Of a stretch of 64,000 nt of DNA, positions 40,054-52,800 are shown piece by piece; positions within the stretch are counted from its first letter, which is position 1, and every line of letters starts with the position of its first letter. The position numbers and the translations under genes were made by a program. The notes beneath the pieces are model-generated. The model saw only the letters and a program-made list of their open reading frames with translations. It searched no databases and was not told where the DNA came from. Source of the stretch: Amoebophrya sp. A120 (Eukaryota > Protista > Dinoflagellata); NCBI GenBank assembly GCA_905178155.1, contig CAJINV010000013.1:1450392-1514391 (forward strand), read 5' to 3'.

Positions 40054-43000
40054 CTACTCTTCCTGCTCTTGTTCCTCGCCTCCTTCGCCCATCTCTTGGT
40101 CCTCACCCTCTGCAGCAGCGTCCTGCTCTTCCTCCGCGGGAGGCTGTTCCTCGTCTTCGTCTTCGACGCCGGGGTTTGCCTAAGGTACGGTTCGTTTTTG
40201 ATGGAGGTGGTGCATGGAACTAGAAGTGTGTAGAAGCGAATGTCGTGGCTTGCTTCGCATGACAAGAAGCACAGAAAAACAATATGGCGCAAGCTTCTTC
40301 GGTATGTAATAAACAAAAAGTTGAGTATGCATGAATGCGATATAAAAAAATCCGTTCAAAAAAATCCTTCTATCTCTTACCTCGTCCATATCGACGTCCT
40401 CTGCGGGAGCAGCTGCCACTGGAACCGGGTTGTTGTCCGCTTTGAATACTTCGGGGAACTTGAAGTCCACGGTTTGGAAGGGCGCCACGATGGACATCTG
40501 CTTTGGCACCACCACGGGGATTTTTCCGACGATTCTGTCCTCCTTCAGCAACGGCATCACCGACACGAGTCCGTCGTGCACCGACGGGAGCCCGACCATT
40601 TGCACGATCTATCAAGAAGAAAAAAAACCCCTTCCCATATCAAAAGCAAAACGGAAATCTATGATGCAGATTTGTGGCCACGGATCAGCTTTGTCATGCT
40701 AGAAGGGAAAAGATGCGGACTGTAGTGCTGGGTGGCGTGGGAAAGCCTTGCTTCTTCAGCATGACAGGAGGCAGCTGGAAGTGGAAAACAGCATGACAAA
40801 TCGCCTGCAAACGAGGCCCCAGCTGCGGCTCTTGGCCTTCTGGCAATACAAGTCGATTTGTGTACTCAAATACAGCATCACAAATTTCGTTTTCGATATG
40901 GGGAGGGGGGATTTTTCCTTTTGATACGATGGTGCCCTTCTTGAGCTCGGTTTGGTCGGGGTACGCGGTGGAGTCCGTGAGCCGCATCCCGCGGGTTTCC
41001 AGGGGCTTCAAAAAGATCCGGGTCGCGGACGCCACGGTGGCGTAGCCGACGATCCTGTCGTCCGTGTCCTTGTCGCTCATTTCAACCATAATGCGCACCG
41101 GTTCCGGCGCTTTTACCTGTTCGCTCGCCTTCATGGGGTTTTCCAACTCCTGTTTGGGAAACACGACCTGCGTGCAGATCTCGCCGAATTTCAGGTCGCG
41201 AACCTTCGTGTTCAGCTCCCCCAACTCCGCGTCCGCCGTGCTTGTAACCGGGTTCTTCACCGCGTAGTGGAACTTCGTGATCCAGTTGGTGAAGTCGTCC
41301 TCCGTGAACGCCCCGGACGTGAGAATCTCCTCCGACAGTGAATCCGCGAACACGTATCAGAGTGAAAAATGCCCCCCACCCCTGAAATTGCGAGAATTTG
41401 TGATGCGAAGTTTCCAAATGAAAGCTTTTTGTCATGCATGAAAGGAGTGCGAATCTTTCTGATGCAGATTCTAGTCGTGTTTTGCATCGCTTGCATGACA
41501 AGCACCGCTCTTGCTGGCGGGATCTTTTGCAATACAAATTTCTGCTATTCACGATCGGAAATCTGTGATGCTGATACACACAAGAGGGCGAATGTTTCAT
41601 TTGGAAAGATTTGCAATACAAATGCTTTCAAGTTCGGGGGTGGGGGCATTTTTCATTGTAATAACACGGACTGCCACTTTTTCACCAGAGTTTCGACCAG
41701 GCTCGAGTCGGCGATCACCAGCTTCAGCTGGTTGTTGCTGGACAAAAACTGCCACAGGGTCTGCGCGGAAACCAAGCGGCCGGACGACAGTTCCAGCTCC
41801 GTCTCGGCCTTCAGTAATTTCGCGAAAATTTCCTTGCAGAACTTCTCGTGCGACTTCTTCTCCTTCTTGCTCTTCTCGGCGACCAACTTCGCGAGCTCAA
41901 AGTGCACCTTGTCGGCCAACGGGCTGCTGGCGGACTCCGTGTCGTAAAACTTCTCCAGCCGCGTCTGCAGGTCCTTAACCTCGTGGAGCTTGTTCCGCAA
42001 CTGGTAAAACACGGACTCCACCTCCTGGATCCCAAAAGGCGCGCGGTTGTCGTCCTCCATGGCGTCGTTCATGTTATTTTCCGCGTCCGCGAGCTGCATG
42101 GCCACGTCCTTGTTCTTTTTGTTCTTCTTGTTACGCGGCTCGTGGTCCACACTCCATTTGTGGATGTCCTGGAACACCTTTTTCAGCTTCGTCTCCAAAA
42201 AATCCTTCACTTCGTGGAGCACTTTGTTGGCGTCAGTGTAGTACACGCACTTCGCTTTCTTGAGGAAATTGGCGGTGCTGAGTCGCGCCAGGTCCGTCAT
42301 GGTCAACGTCTCGCCGCCGGAGGACTTGAAGGCCTTCACCTCAAAGTGCTTCAGCTCTTCCAGTTGCTGCAATCGTCCCTCCGTCTGTCCCCGCCACAGT
42401 GCGGACAGCGACAACGCTTCGTCCTTTTTCACCAGTTGGACAAGCATACTTTTCCAGTCCTGCAGCTTCTTCTGGATCGCCCTCACGCGCATCTGCTGCT
42501 CCGCCAGGTGGGCCTCGAATTCGGTCTTCTTCTCCTTCACCTTGTTGAGGCGCTGCTTCAGCTGCGTCAAGACGGAGAGGGAAGTATCGTGAGGAGAAAC
42601 AGAACCCGGGTTCGCGGCTGTTCGATATTGAGTTGTAGTGCGACAATCACTTTTAATATAAATATCTCTTGCATACTGAAACATGCGTATCACACGTAAA
42701 AATCGGGATCAGAAACATGTTGGTGCGCCGTATCTGTACTTGATGCGGTTTAACCCGACATAGATCGATCCCTTCCATGATCTATGACAAAATCTATTCC
42801 GATCCGCAGCCAAGGTCGTGGCAACAAGGCAAACGAATCACATGATCACTGAAATGAATACTTACCATCAGGATCATACACCACCTTCAGGTCGTCGTCG
42901 TATTTTGCGAGTATTTCGAAGGATTTTCGTGCCGCCTGTTCCACCGCTTTCAGCTTGTCCTGCGCCTCCCGGGCCATTTGTTTGATCGTCGACTGTATCA

Positions 43001-46000
43001 AATGCAAAAATGTCTGGGTCTGGAAGATTGCCAGGTTTGTCATGCACATTTTGCATGACTTCTGATGTCTGTGATGCATGCCCTAGCATCACAGATTTTG
43101 TGAGGGCTTCCTGATGCCTTTACCGCATGACAAATGCTCTTTCTGTGTAGCAAAACTTGGACTCTCTTTGCTGCTCATGCAATACAGATATTTTTAGAAT
43201 CCAAAATCAGCATGACAAGTTGCATTCTTCCAGACCCAGACATTTTTACACTTGATAGACTGGTCCGGCACGGCTTCCAGCCGGGTTTTCGCGTCGTATT
43301 TGTCCACGTTCTATCAAATGTAAAAATGTCTGGGTCTGGAAGATTTCCAGGTTTGTCATGCATATTTCGCATGGGCTATGATGCCTGTAATGTATGACCT
43401 AGCATGACAGATTTTTTGCGGGTATCTTGATGCCTATCCCGCATGACAAATGCCCTCTCCGCGGACCAAAAACTGGACGCCTCTTGCTGCTCATGCAATA
43501 CAGATTTTCTTAGATTCCAAAAATAGCATCACAAGTTGCTTTCTTCCAGACCCAGACATTTTTGCAATCCATACGTTCTCGAACTCCCGCAGTTCCTCCT
43601 CCTTCTCCACCATCTCCGCCAAAGCCTCCGCTGCCTGCAACCGCAGGGCCTGGACTTGCTCGGTCGCGGCGCTGTTCACGTCAAGCAGAATCATCTTGCA
43701 CAAGTCCTGCAACTTGGGCTGGATCTTCTTCCAGTCCAATTTCGTGCTCGCCGCCTGCTTCAGCCGCTCCTTCGTGAATTTCTCCTTCGACTTGGACCGG
43801 GTTTTCTTCAGCCAGTAGTGGTTCTCAACGTCCGGCACCAGCTCGCGGACCACATTGATGTCCTTGATCATACCCACCATGCCGTCCTTGAGGCTCATTA
43901 CCTTACTGGTTTTGTCGGATGACAGCACCAAAATCCGCTCCCCCCGCGTGAGCAGCCGCTGCACCTGCAGCTTCTTCGGCGCGGCGGGCTTCGGGGCCGG
44001 CGGCGGCGGGGCGGGGGCAGCTGCAGGAGCTCCTTCTTCCCCCTCGGCCGGCGCCTCCGCACCCGCCTCCGCAGCAGCCGGGTCCTCTGGCAGCGGCAAT
44101 TCAAGCTCCGGCGGAATCGGCAGCTCGTACAAGGGACATGAATCCTTTTGCAGGAGAAATTGCGGGTCCAGGGGGGTCACGTATCTGCAGGTGTTGTATT
44201 TGTGTGTGTGGGGGGGCATATTATGACGATTCGGATTTGGATTTCGTTTTGCTCATTTTCATGGGAGAACCAGTATCAAAAGTCGCAAGGGTAGAAATGT
44301 TATTGAAACAACATCTCGACCACATCAATCTTCGAAAAAAACTTTTTTTTTTTTATATACAAATCACAAGCAAAAAACGGCGAAACTCATCATAGACAAC
44401 TTCAGATCGGAGGTAGAATTGATCCAGGCTCGTCATCCATGTTTTGTCGCAGTTCGTGACTCGTGGTTCGTAATCGAAAAAATAAGTCGTAAGTCTACGA
44501 ACTGGTTCTTAAGTCGCAGTTCTATTCTTCGAAAAAAACTTCTTACTGCGTCCTCTCGGGGCCGCCCCGCATGGTGACCCAACCTTCGACGCCGTCCCGC
44601 GCCCGTCGCACCCGGATCCGCTTGAACCCGGCCTTGACCATCTGAGGTGGTTCCAGCGCGGTGAGCACTTCGTTCGGCTGGATCTTCCCAATATACTCGT
44701 CAGACTGCTTTTCGTCTTTTGGCACAGCCGTGTTGCAGTTGTCGCTCGATGCGGTCAGGAGGGTCTGTGTGAAGTAGATTATGCAAGGAAGTACATTATA
44801 GGATTTTGATTTTTGCATTTGAAATCTTCGGTAAAATTAATGCAAAATAACTACGCGAGATTGCTAGTGCAGAAATCCCACGGGTTTGATGCCTTGCAGC
44901 GTGTGACGTGTGGGAAAGAAGCTCTTTTTCCGCCGAACCAAGGCAACCTCAAAAACGACCAGTAAGAGAAGTTTTACGTTTACCTCGATCTCGCACATGA
45001 GGTGCACCTTTCCCAGGTAAAGGAAAAAGTCTTCGCAGAAGACCTCTCCTGCGTTTACGCGGGCGTACTCCGACTTCTGCGGGCCGGTGTCCTCGTCCTG
45101 GCCTTCCATGCCCGTCTCGGTCTTCTTCGCGCCCGGCTTTTTCTCGGTGAGTTCCTGATCGCGCAGCTCGTAGCACCTGTTCAACAAGGTGGGGATGCGG
45201 TTCCACATCTCCGCGTCACCGATGCATTCACTCGCTAGAAACTCGAAGATCTCCTCGTGCCCAATAGTCTTGCGCCTCATGTGCGCATGCTTTACCTTGT
45301 CGTTTCCCACCATCTTGTCGAAAAACTCCTGTTCCTGTTCCTTGCTACCCACCGGTTTGTCGGACTCCAAGGTCTCCGTGATGTACCTGTTTTTGCAAAT
45401 CAAACACAAACTCATCTCGCTTTGCTTTTGACATGATCATGACCCTCGAGATGCTACCGTGAGATGCAGTTGCGAAAATCTACTGATGACAACATGTTTC
45501 CACGTAGTCCTCAGGAAAGAATACTGTCATCTACTGCTACGGAGGCCTACTCCTATCCATGAAGGTCGTGTCGAAATATTAGTTGTACATGAAAAACCAG
45601 CCCACTGAAAGCTGAATTTTTTACGTTTGAATCGCCATGCTGAGTCGCACGTCCAGGTCGAGGTTTTTGGTCGCTTCGTACTGGGCACGATCCAAGTTCC
45701 ACTTCTGAATCTTCTTCTGCACGGCCGTTAACCGCGCGGAGTATTTGTTCATCATCCGGTAAGACAATTGGAACAGTTGCTGTATAGAATTTTGTATGTA
45801 GGTTTTTTGATTCTTATGTATGATTTCGCGATCAGCTCTTACGCGCCTTTGCGCCGGGTTGTTCCTCGTCGCACACAGTCGCAGAAGTTGCATCACACAA
45901 GCCAAGCTCAAGTTGAATTCAAAGCAGCTGCAATTAAGTATACTTAGCCCGCTGATCTTCATTCAGGGAACAGCTGGAGTTGGAATAAAGACATCCTGTT

Positions 46001-48482
46001 TATCAAAAAAAAAACTGTACTATTCATACCTCCTTCTCCCCCTGGTCGGCGGATTTCCCGCTTTTCCCGACGAAGTGCGTGCTCTTGAGGCAGTCCTCGC
46101 TGTTCAAGTAGCTTTTCAACTGTTCGGCTACCTCCATAACGTGGGCGTAGCGGTCTTCCTTGCTCTTTTCGTTGTCTTCGTACACCTCGCTGTCATCCTC
46201 AGTCTCGTTTTCCAGGGAAGCAGCGCCCCGGCCGGGAACAGACTGGAGATCCAGCAGTTCTTTCTCGATGTAGAACAGCACTTCCAGCACCTCGGTGTCC
46301 TTACTCTGCAGAAACTTCTTCCGCTCCGCCCGCTCCTGCTCGATTTCCACCTTTTTCTCCGCGATCTGTTCCTCCACAAGCACACTATTCGCCTTCGCTT
46401 TCACGTCAAACCGAATTTGCTTGTCCGTCAGCTGCCACTCTGCGTACTTCTCCTTCACCTTCTGCCGCAACTCATCAATCAGCGGCTTCTTCACCTTCAA
46501 GGCTTCTATGAACTGCAAAAATGATGACTCAGGGGTCTGGACCTCCACACTATTGATGCAAGTACGTGGAAGATGAGGACGAGCAGCTCACTGCAATCGA
46601 CAGCAAATGAGCATGAAAAGTTTCTGAACAGCTCTGTGGTGCTGCGTATAATTCCGCATGGATAAAAAGGGAAGCCTTTCTAGTTGTAGTTGAACTTATT
46701 ATCGTGCACACGCACCACAAAGCTCAGCTCAGAGCCACGTCAGATATCAAGCATGAGAAACCTTGCGATGTTCCAGACCCAGATCGACATTTGCCATTGG
46801 ATAGCTTCAATAGCGGCCTTTTTCTCTTCGTTTTTCTTTTCGTCGTCGTGGTCCAATTTCTCGTTGATGTTTTTCAGATTGACGGTATCCAGCGCTTTCT
46901 TCAGCGTTTCCCGGCACTTGGTCATCCAAGAAAAAAAGGTTGTTAGTGTAAATTTGTGATGCGCAAAATGCAAATTGATTGAGCCTTTCATGCTGTGCCT
47001 GCATTGTAGCGTCCATTCAGCGGCGTTTTCCCGTACTATCTGCGCATGACAGGTTTTTGCTGTTATGCCAGAGATATTTGTCATGCTAATCCTCCAAGAA
47101 AGTTACACCTACAATCTTTCTTTCCTGGATATTGGTGAACATCGTATCGTCGAGCGCGGACAGTTTTTTCAGAATCAGGTTGCAGTGCTTGACGCACGCC
47201 CTCGCGCTGGCCTTGGACTGCAGACAAGACGGCTTGATCTGGAGCCCGTGGTTGTGCGCGTTCCCGTCGACCCGCGGGGTCTTCTGGCTCTTGTCCTGCG
47301 GCTTTACGCGGGGCGATTTGCCCTTGTTCGTTGCTGTAGTGGCCACCTTTGCGAAGTCGCGCTCCTTGATCTCCTGGATGCCGATGTCCACCTCATTCAA
47401 AAACTGGTCGATGTGCTGCACCGCGGTCTCCTCCACGAACTTCAGCCCGTTCTGCGCGCCGTTTTCGTAGTTGTCCTTGATCTCCATAATTTCTTTCCGC
47501 AGCGTCTCCACGTTGTCCTTGAACTGCTGCACCACCTCCTCCGGGTACCCGTCGAAGCTGGCGTTTTCGCAGTTGTGAATCGCGGTCTCCGCCTGCAGGA
47601 GCAGCGCGCGCAAGTTGAACGCGGTGCTTGGGTTCAGGGCGTTCAACACCACCTGCGGGGGGTTTATGCGGTTCAGCAGGTTCTGCTTGCACCACTGCAG
47701 CCGGGGAAACGCGTCCGTGATGTTCATGCCGAATTTCCGGAACTTCGCCTGGTCGTCCACCTTCTGCCGCTTCGCGTCGGGCGCGCCCGTTTCGTCGGTG
47801 CGCTTGGTGGGGGCCTTGGCGACGGGGTTGTGGATCACGGGGGCCTCTCCGACCTCCATCTTCACCTTCGGATCGGGCTCCTTCCGGTGCCAGGGAACCC
47901 GCCACCCGGTCGCCGGGGGGAGTGCCGACTGCTCCGGGTTGTGGGCCCAGACCTGTGCGTAAGAAAGAGGAGGACTTATCGGGACAGTGTATCTTCGTGG
48001 TCAAAAGATGAATGCGTATCAAATAGACACGCGTAATGAACTTCAAGAACGTACTTAGTGTATGAATGGTAAATTTGGGAAAATATCAAACATCGACATT
48101 CTTTTTCTGACCACGATGCAAACATTTTCTCTTGCAAATGTAAATCTTGTGCTGCTACTTTTTGACGGCGTATTTTTTCATCAGCTTGCTCAGGAACATC
48201 AAATTCGAGTAGAATGCTAACCTCTTCTCCGCCGACAACCGGCGCGCACCACCATCCCGCCAGATCCGGGCCATCTCTTTCGTCCCAGTAGTATATGTTC
48301 GATGCCTGGGAATTCTGAAACTGCCCCGCCTTCTTGAACAGCGGCCGCGCGTGGTTGATCGTGCCCGCGGTGCAGAAATACTTGCCGTTTAATGCTGTGA
48401 GGTGGGCGGAAAACCCGTTCACAATAAGCTGAAGATCCTTCTTCGGGTCCGGCCCGCCGGCTGGCGTCCCAGGCTCGCCCAT
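40054..48482 (-). CDS. Large multi-exon coiled-coil protein with SH3-like modules and an acidic tail; hosts 5-6 introners
   Basis: Exons join through GT-AG introns and introners (FTK|CRE, FENV|DKY, PDQS|TIK, QSV|FAD, GTI|VQM). SH3-like segment IGKIQPNEVLTALE...RIRVRRARDGVEGWVT. Stop TAG at 40056-40054. Confidence 0.75.
40610..40926. mobile_element. Introner family B (317 bp)
   Basis: Ends TATCAAGAAGAAAAAAAACCCCTTCCCATATC / GATATGGGGAGGGGGGATTTTTCCTTTTGATA; flanks CGATC/CGATG; in-frame join KKGTIVQMVGLP. Confidence 0.9.
41355..41663. mobile_element. Introner family C (309 bp)
   Basis: Ends TATCAGAGTGAAAAATGCCCCCCACCCC / GGGGGTGGGGGCATTTTTCATTGTAATA; direct repeat ACACG at 41350-41354 and 41664-41668; join KKWQSVFADSL. 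Confidence 0.92.
42996..43257. mobile_element. Introner family A (262 bp)
   Basis: Ends TATCAAATGCAAAAATGTCTGGGTCTGGAAGA / TCTTCCAGACCCAGACATTTTTACACTTGATA; direct repeat GACTG; join AVPDQSTIKQM. Confidence 0.95.
43312..43573. mobile_element. Introner family A (262 bp)
   Basis: Ends TATCAAATGTAAAAATGTCTGGGTCTGGAAGA / TCTTCCAGACCCAGACATTTTTGCAATCCATA; direct repeat CGTTC; closely similar to the 42996 copy; join EFENVDKYDAK. Confidence 0.95.
46551..46803. mobile_element. Decayed family A-like introner
   Basis: Right end TTCCAGACCCAGATCGACATTTGCCATTGGATA, left end TATTGATGCAAG; no matching direct repeat; the frame needs removal of element plus 1 (or 4) nt. Confidence 0.5.
46923..47131. mobile_element. 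Introner family E (209 bp)
   Basis: Ends CATCCAAGAAAAAAAGGTTGTTAGTGTAA / TTACACCTACAATCTTTCTTTCCTGGATA; perfect direct repeat TTGGT at 46918-46922 and 47132-47136; join MFTKCRETL. Confidence 0.88.
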
Positions 48483-49800
48483 TTTCGCTCAACTAAAAGT
48501 TCAACGAATTTGAAGTAGAGTTTGGCGTAATTTTGCTTTTGTGGTTACTTCTGCTCTACTCAAATAACAAACTTTCATGTGCTGCCAAAAACGATCTTCA
48601 GGTGGTACGGAAACAAACTTGTTGCTGAAAAGGTACACGTTTTGGTGGTGGAGAGAAAAAGTTCAAAGTTCTTGTCGCTGTATAGTATCGAACCTGAATG
48701 CGAAAGTGATTGTATGCGGAAGTGATTGCAATCGTCCGAACTTTTTCTCATGTCTGGATTCCACGACCATGCGCCGATGTACAGACATCGACTAAAACGC
48801 ACAAATTTAGGGCATATCTATTTCTAGTGACCTACCGTTGTCGTGTTTCGTTTAATAATTATATCGCGGCACAAGCACAACTGAGGCTATCTTCTACCAC
48901 GAGGAACAAATGGAAGTAAAACAGCAAGTACTTGAGTGAAATCAGAGTGGAAAGTAACGAAGTCTTCAGCTAGTAGATCAAGCGCAGGCGAGGTAGAGCA
49001 AGATCATCTTTCTCTTTTTGAACTGCAGATCCGCGAAAAGAACTAGTCTCGGAAGTTCTACTTCTGATATCACATGCGCTGCACGCTTGAGCTTTACTTG
49101 TGCTCCGTCTTGAAGGGAGCATCAAAATAGGATCGTCCAGAGCGATAGCGCTACAAATCGGAACAACTGGTGCTGGGTATGCAAGAATCGGGAACGTTAT
49201 TTCGACCATGCGTAAGAAAAAAGAGTGCCACAAGCTTCATATGTGTGGCACCATAATTCATTCGCCGTCGCATTCTGCTGAACTTAATTTACAATTCCAA
49301 TAGTTCAAAACATCAATAAGGTCATCGATTTTACTGGGTGGCAGCGCTGGCGCTGAGGGAATATCTTTACGGAGGCCGGTACAATAGAAGTTACATTTTG
49401 TGTTTGATTTGGTAATGGTAGCGCATAAGTGAGATTCCTTGGTACACAGTCATGGTTTTGCTTTTGCTTCTTGTGCTCAATACATTTGAATTCGCAAACT
49501 TTAATTTCTTAGACGTTGGCGTTTCTGTTTACTCAATATCTAACTCCCCTGGTGGTTGCCGTCTTAATTTCATTGATGTGGATTCTCATCCTACTGCAAG
49601 TTGTCATTATACACACGCTGGAGAGCAAGAGATTACTTCGTTTCACTTTTTGCTCATGCTCCGCTTGTTTCGCTAGAAGACGAGATTTTCGAGTTTAAAA
49701 ACTTCTCAGTGCATACTGCTTTCCTCCCATCATCTGTTTCTGTACATACTGCTTTCTTCTCTGGAATAAACATTTCCGCCTTTGTGTTTTAAGTACTTAC

Positions 49801-52800
49801 TTACCACGAGTAGCTGAACGCCGTTTCCGGAACGCCCGCAGCTGTTGGACCAGCTCCGACAGGTGCCGCTAAGGTAGTGGTAGGCGGCCTTTCGGCCTCC
49901 GTCACTCCCACCGCCGTGGCTCTTGTTTCGCCCCCTGACAAAGACGATGGCCGACCTCCACCAGGCGCTTGCGAAGATGCTGCATTCCCAGCCGTTCCAT
50001 CTGCCGGCGACGTCCCGTCGATTTGTTCTGGCACGACCTCTGCACTAGTCGCGGCTGTTCTTGTTTCCTCTCCTGCCACCTCTTCTTCTTGCCCCGTTTG
50101 CTTTTGAAGGTTCGTTTGCTCTGATTGTTGTTCACTCACCAGCACAGTGGTTGTTTGCGCACTTCCCCGCAGGTTGCCCGTGGTCATCATTTCCTGCTCC
50201 ACGCAGCAGTGGGTGGCGAAGAACATTTCCAATTCGGCCTTCTTCTCTTCAAAAACCTTCATGTTGTCGAGCAGGAGTTGTCCGAATTTCGCGCTGTCTT
50301 CTCCTTCTAACCCCGGACTGTATTTGTTGCTGTTGAAGTTCTCAGCCACTTTCTTCAAGTTCTCCGAGTCCGTTGCCCACTTGCTCGAATCAAGCAAAAT
50401 CTCGGCCACGCTGGGCGGAAACACCTTCAGCGGGTCTGCAGACTATCCTGAGTAAAAACGTCCCCACGACCTCCCCGGAGTTGTAATAATGCAGCAAATC
50501 TGCATGCTCCTTAAAATGTTTCTCATTCGGAGACCCGGCATGAAAGGCATTGATTTCAGTAGTGGCGTTTTGTGATTTTTCATGATGCTCGAATCAGCAT
50601 GATGTGCTAGATGTGTGATTCTGCTACACTAGCTAAAGACGACTAGTACATTGCGAGCCCAGATTTGTAGTCATGCGCAGCAAGGAGCTAGGCTTGTTGC
50701 TTTGTCTAGCAGATTTCGCAACTTGACTCTTGGGTGGGGAAGGTGTTCCTCACGATACAGAAGATGATGGTGTCACTTGCACGAATTCAAACTCCCCGGA
50801 CTTCCGACAGTGCTCCCGTGGCTGTTCTTCCGCGGTCTGTTGTGCGGGGTCAGTCTGCTGCTCACCGGTAGCTGGAGTGGACGTAGTAGATGAAGATGAA
50901 GTAGAGGTGCTACTAGAAGTACTACCTCCGGCGGGCGCCGCAACGGTAGTACTACTAGGCGAGGAAGTTGTTGAGGTACTGCTAGTAGAAGTGCTGGCTT
51001 TCTTTTCCTTCTCTTTCTCCTTCTGGTACTCAATTTTCGCCTCCGCCGCCACCAGTACCTCGATCATGTTGTAGTGACTGCTGTGAAAATTCTGCGCGAG
51101 CGAGGCAAAGTGGAGCAAGTTCATCTCGTTCTCGCTCTTGTAGTTGAACACTTCCTGGATTCTGCTCCTCCGCCGCTTCGACTTCATCGTTGTAGAGGTG
51201 GAAAACAGGAATTTCTTCAGTTTTTCCGTCTCTTCATACAGTTTTTTTTCTAAATACAGGCGGAACTTGTTCAATTCCAGAAAAGACGTCTGCAACAGGC
51301 TGGATGATCCTTGCTGCTGCGGTTGCGGCAGGTTTATTTTCGGTTGTTGATCATTTTCTGGTGCTGTCGCAGAAGATGAGCCAGTGGTTGAGTCGTCGCC
51401 AGTCGGATTCGCCCCCGCGGGACTGTCATCAAGCACATACAGTGGCGCTGTGGTTGTAGTTGAAGTAGTTGTGCTCGTTTTCGCAGCCTCCTTTTTCTGC
51501 CGTTCGCTCTCTTCTGCCTTTCGTTTCGTCTCCTCAAATTCCTGCTGCTGTTTCCGCTCCTTCGCCTTTTCCCCACTCGCCGCGCACGTGCTGCTCGCCC
51601 AGGATTTTTTCACCAAAGCGACCGGCCCGGAGAACTTGCTATCTGCGGAAGCTTTGTCGAAAAGAACGGAGACCGCGGACCGGCAGAGACCCGCGCCTGG
51701 GAGGTGGGGAATGCGTGTCGCTTCTACGTCTTTCGACGTCGGCTTCAGTGTCAGCAGGTGGACGTTGAGATCCATGCCCGCATTTGAAGAATCACCGGTG
51801 GACGTGCTGCTCGCCGCCTCGTTGTCCTTCTTGTAATCGGAAGCAAACTTTTCCGCGTCTTCGAGGATCCGCTGCCTCGCCTCCTCGGATGCGAGGGGAT
51901 TTTGTTGAGCAGAGGAAGATTTTGTAGAAGGCACGGAATCCGGAGTATGAGTATCGAGTGCAAATTATGTGTCTGGGTCTGCTGGAAAGCTCTACTGCTA
52001 GTCTCTCCAACATGAGCTGCAGAGGTCGGTGGACTGCAACCAATGGGACACTTTCATGACAATACCAAACGACTTTCAACATGACAAAACTCCGTGGTTC
52101 CATTCGTTCGCGGTTTTTTGCGCATCAAGTAGATCCTCGCTACAAACACAGGTTTCCATTCATCTTGCAGACCACAAGACAAATTTTCCCTAGATATTCT
52201 GTTGCTGCTGTTGAAACCCTTGTGCGAACTAGTTGCTGCTGCCCTTGTGCGACTAGTTGTCCGGCCCCATCCAACTTGTTCACCCCGCTCGGTGGATCGC
52301 AGCAGCCGACGTACGTAACCCTCTGCGACCAGTCCAGCGCTACGTCTAGGAACTGCAAACCGGCCTCCACGGACTTCCGCGCGACGGGGTCGTCGCGGTT
52401 TGATGCCAGGGCTCCACCTGTTCCTGCTGTCGGAGGCGCGGTTCTTGTATCTCCTTGCTCAGCCACAACTCCGACATTTTTGTTGTTCAGGAATCCGCGA
52501 TACAAGGCGGCGTAGCTCGTTTCCCGCTCGCTTTTTGCTGATGCGGTGCCTGGGTATCCTGTCCAAAAATGTCTCAAAGGCCCCATACATAGTCAAGTGG
52601 AAGATGGAAAGTTCGCTACACAAGTCAATCTGCTGCGAAAGACAAGAGGTAGTGGCCCGCAGCGCGATCGTTGTTGTCTCGTGCAGCCGCACCATCAGAA
52701 ATCGACCACCACTCTATCCTGATTCATCATCTTCATCTAGCATAAAAAGTATAAGTAATTTTAATTTCAAAACACAAAATAAAAGATTTAGCATGGGGCT

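Noticed and set aside
42585-42860. TATCGTGAGGAGAAAC resembling a family D left end
   Set aside because: No matching right end or direct repeat; a canonical GATG|GTAAGT...AACAG|CC junction restores the frame.
41369-43397. ORFs reading through elements (e.g. 41369-41947, 43134-43397; LPDPDIF and GGGIF peptides) as transposases
   Set aside because: They are translations of the terminal inverted repeats. I saw no DDE or tyrosine-recombinase motifs anywhere in the window.
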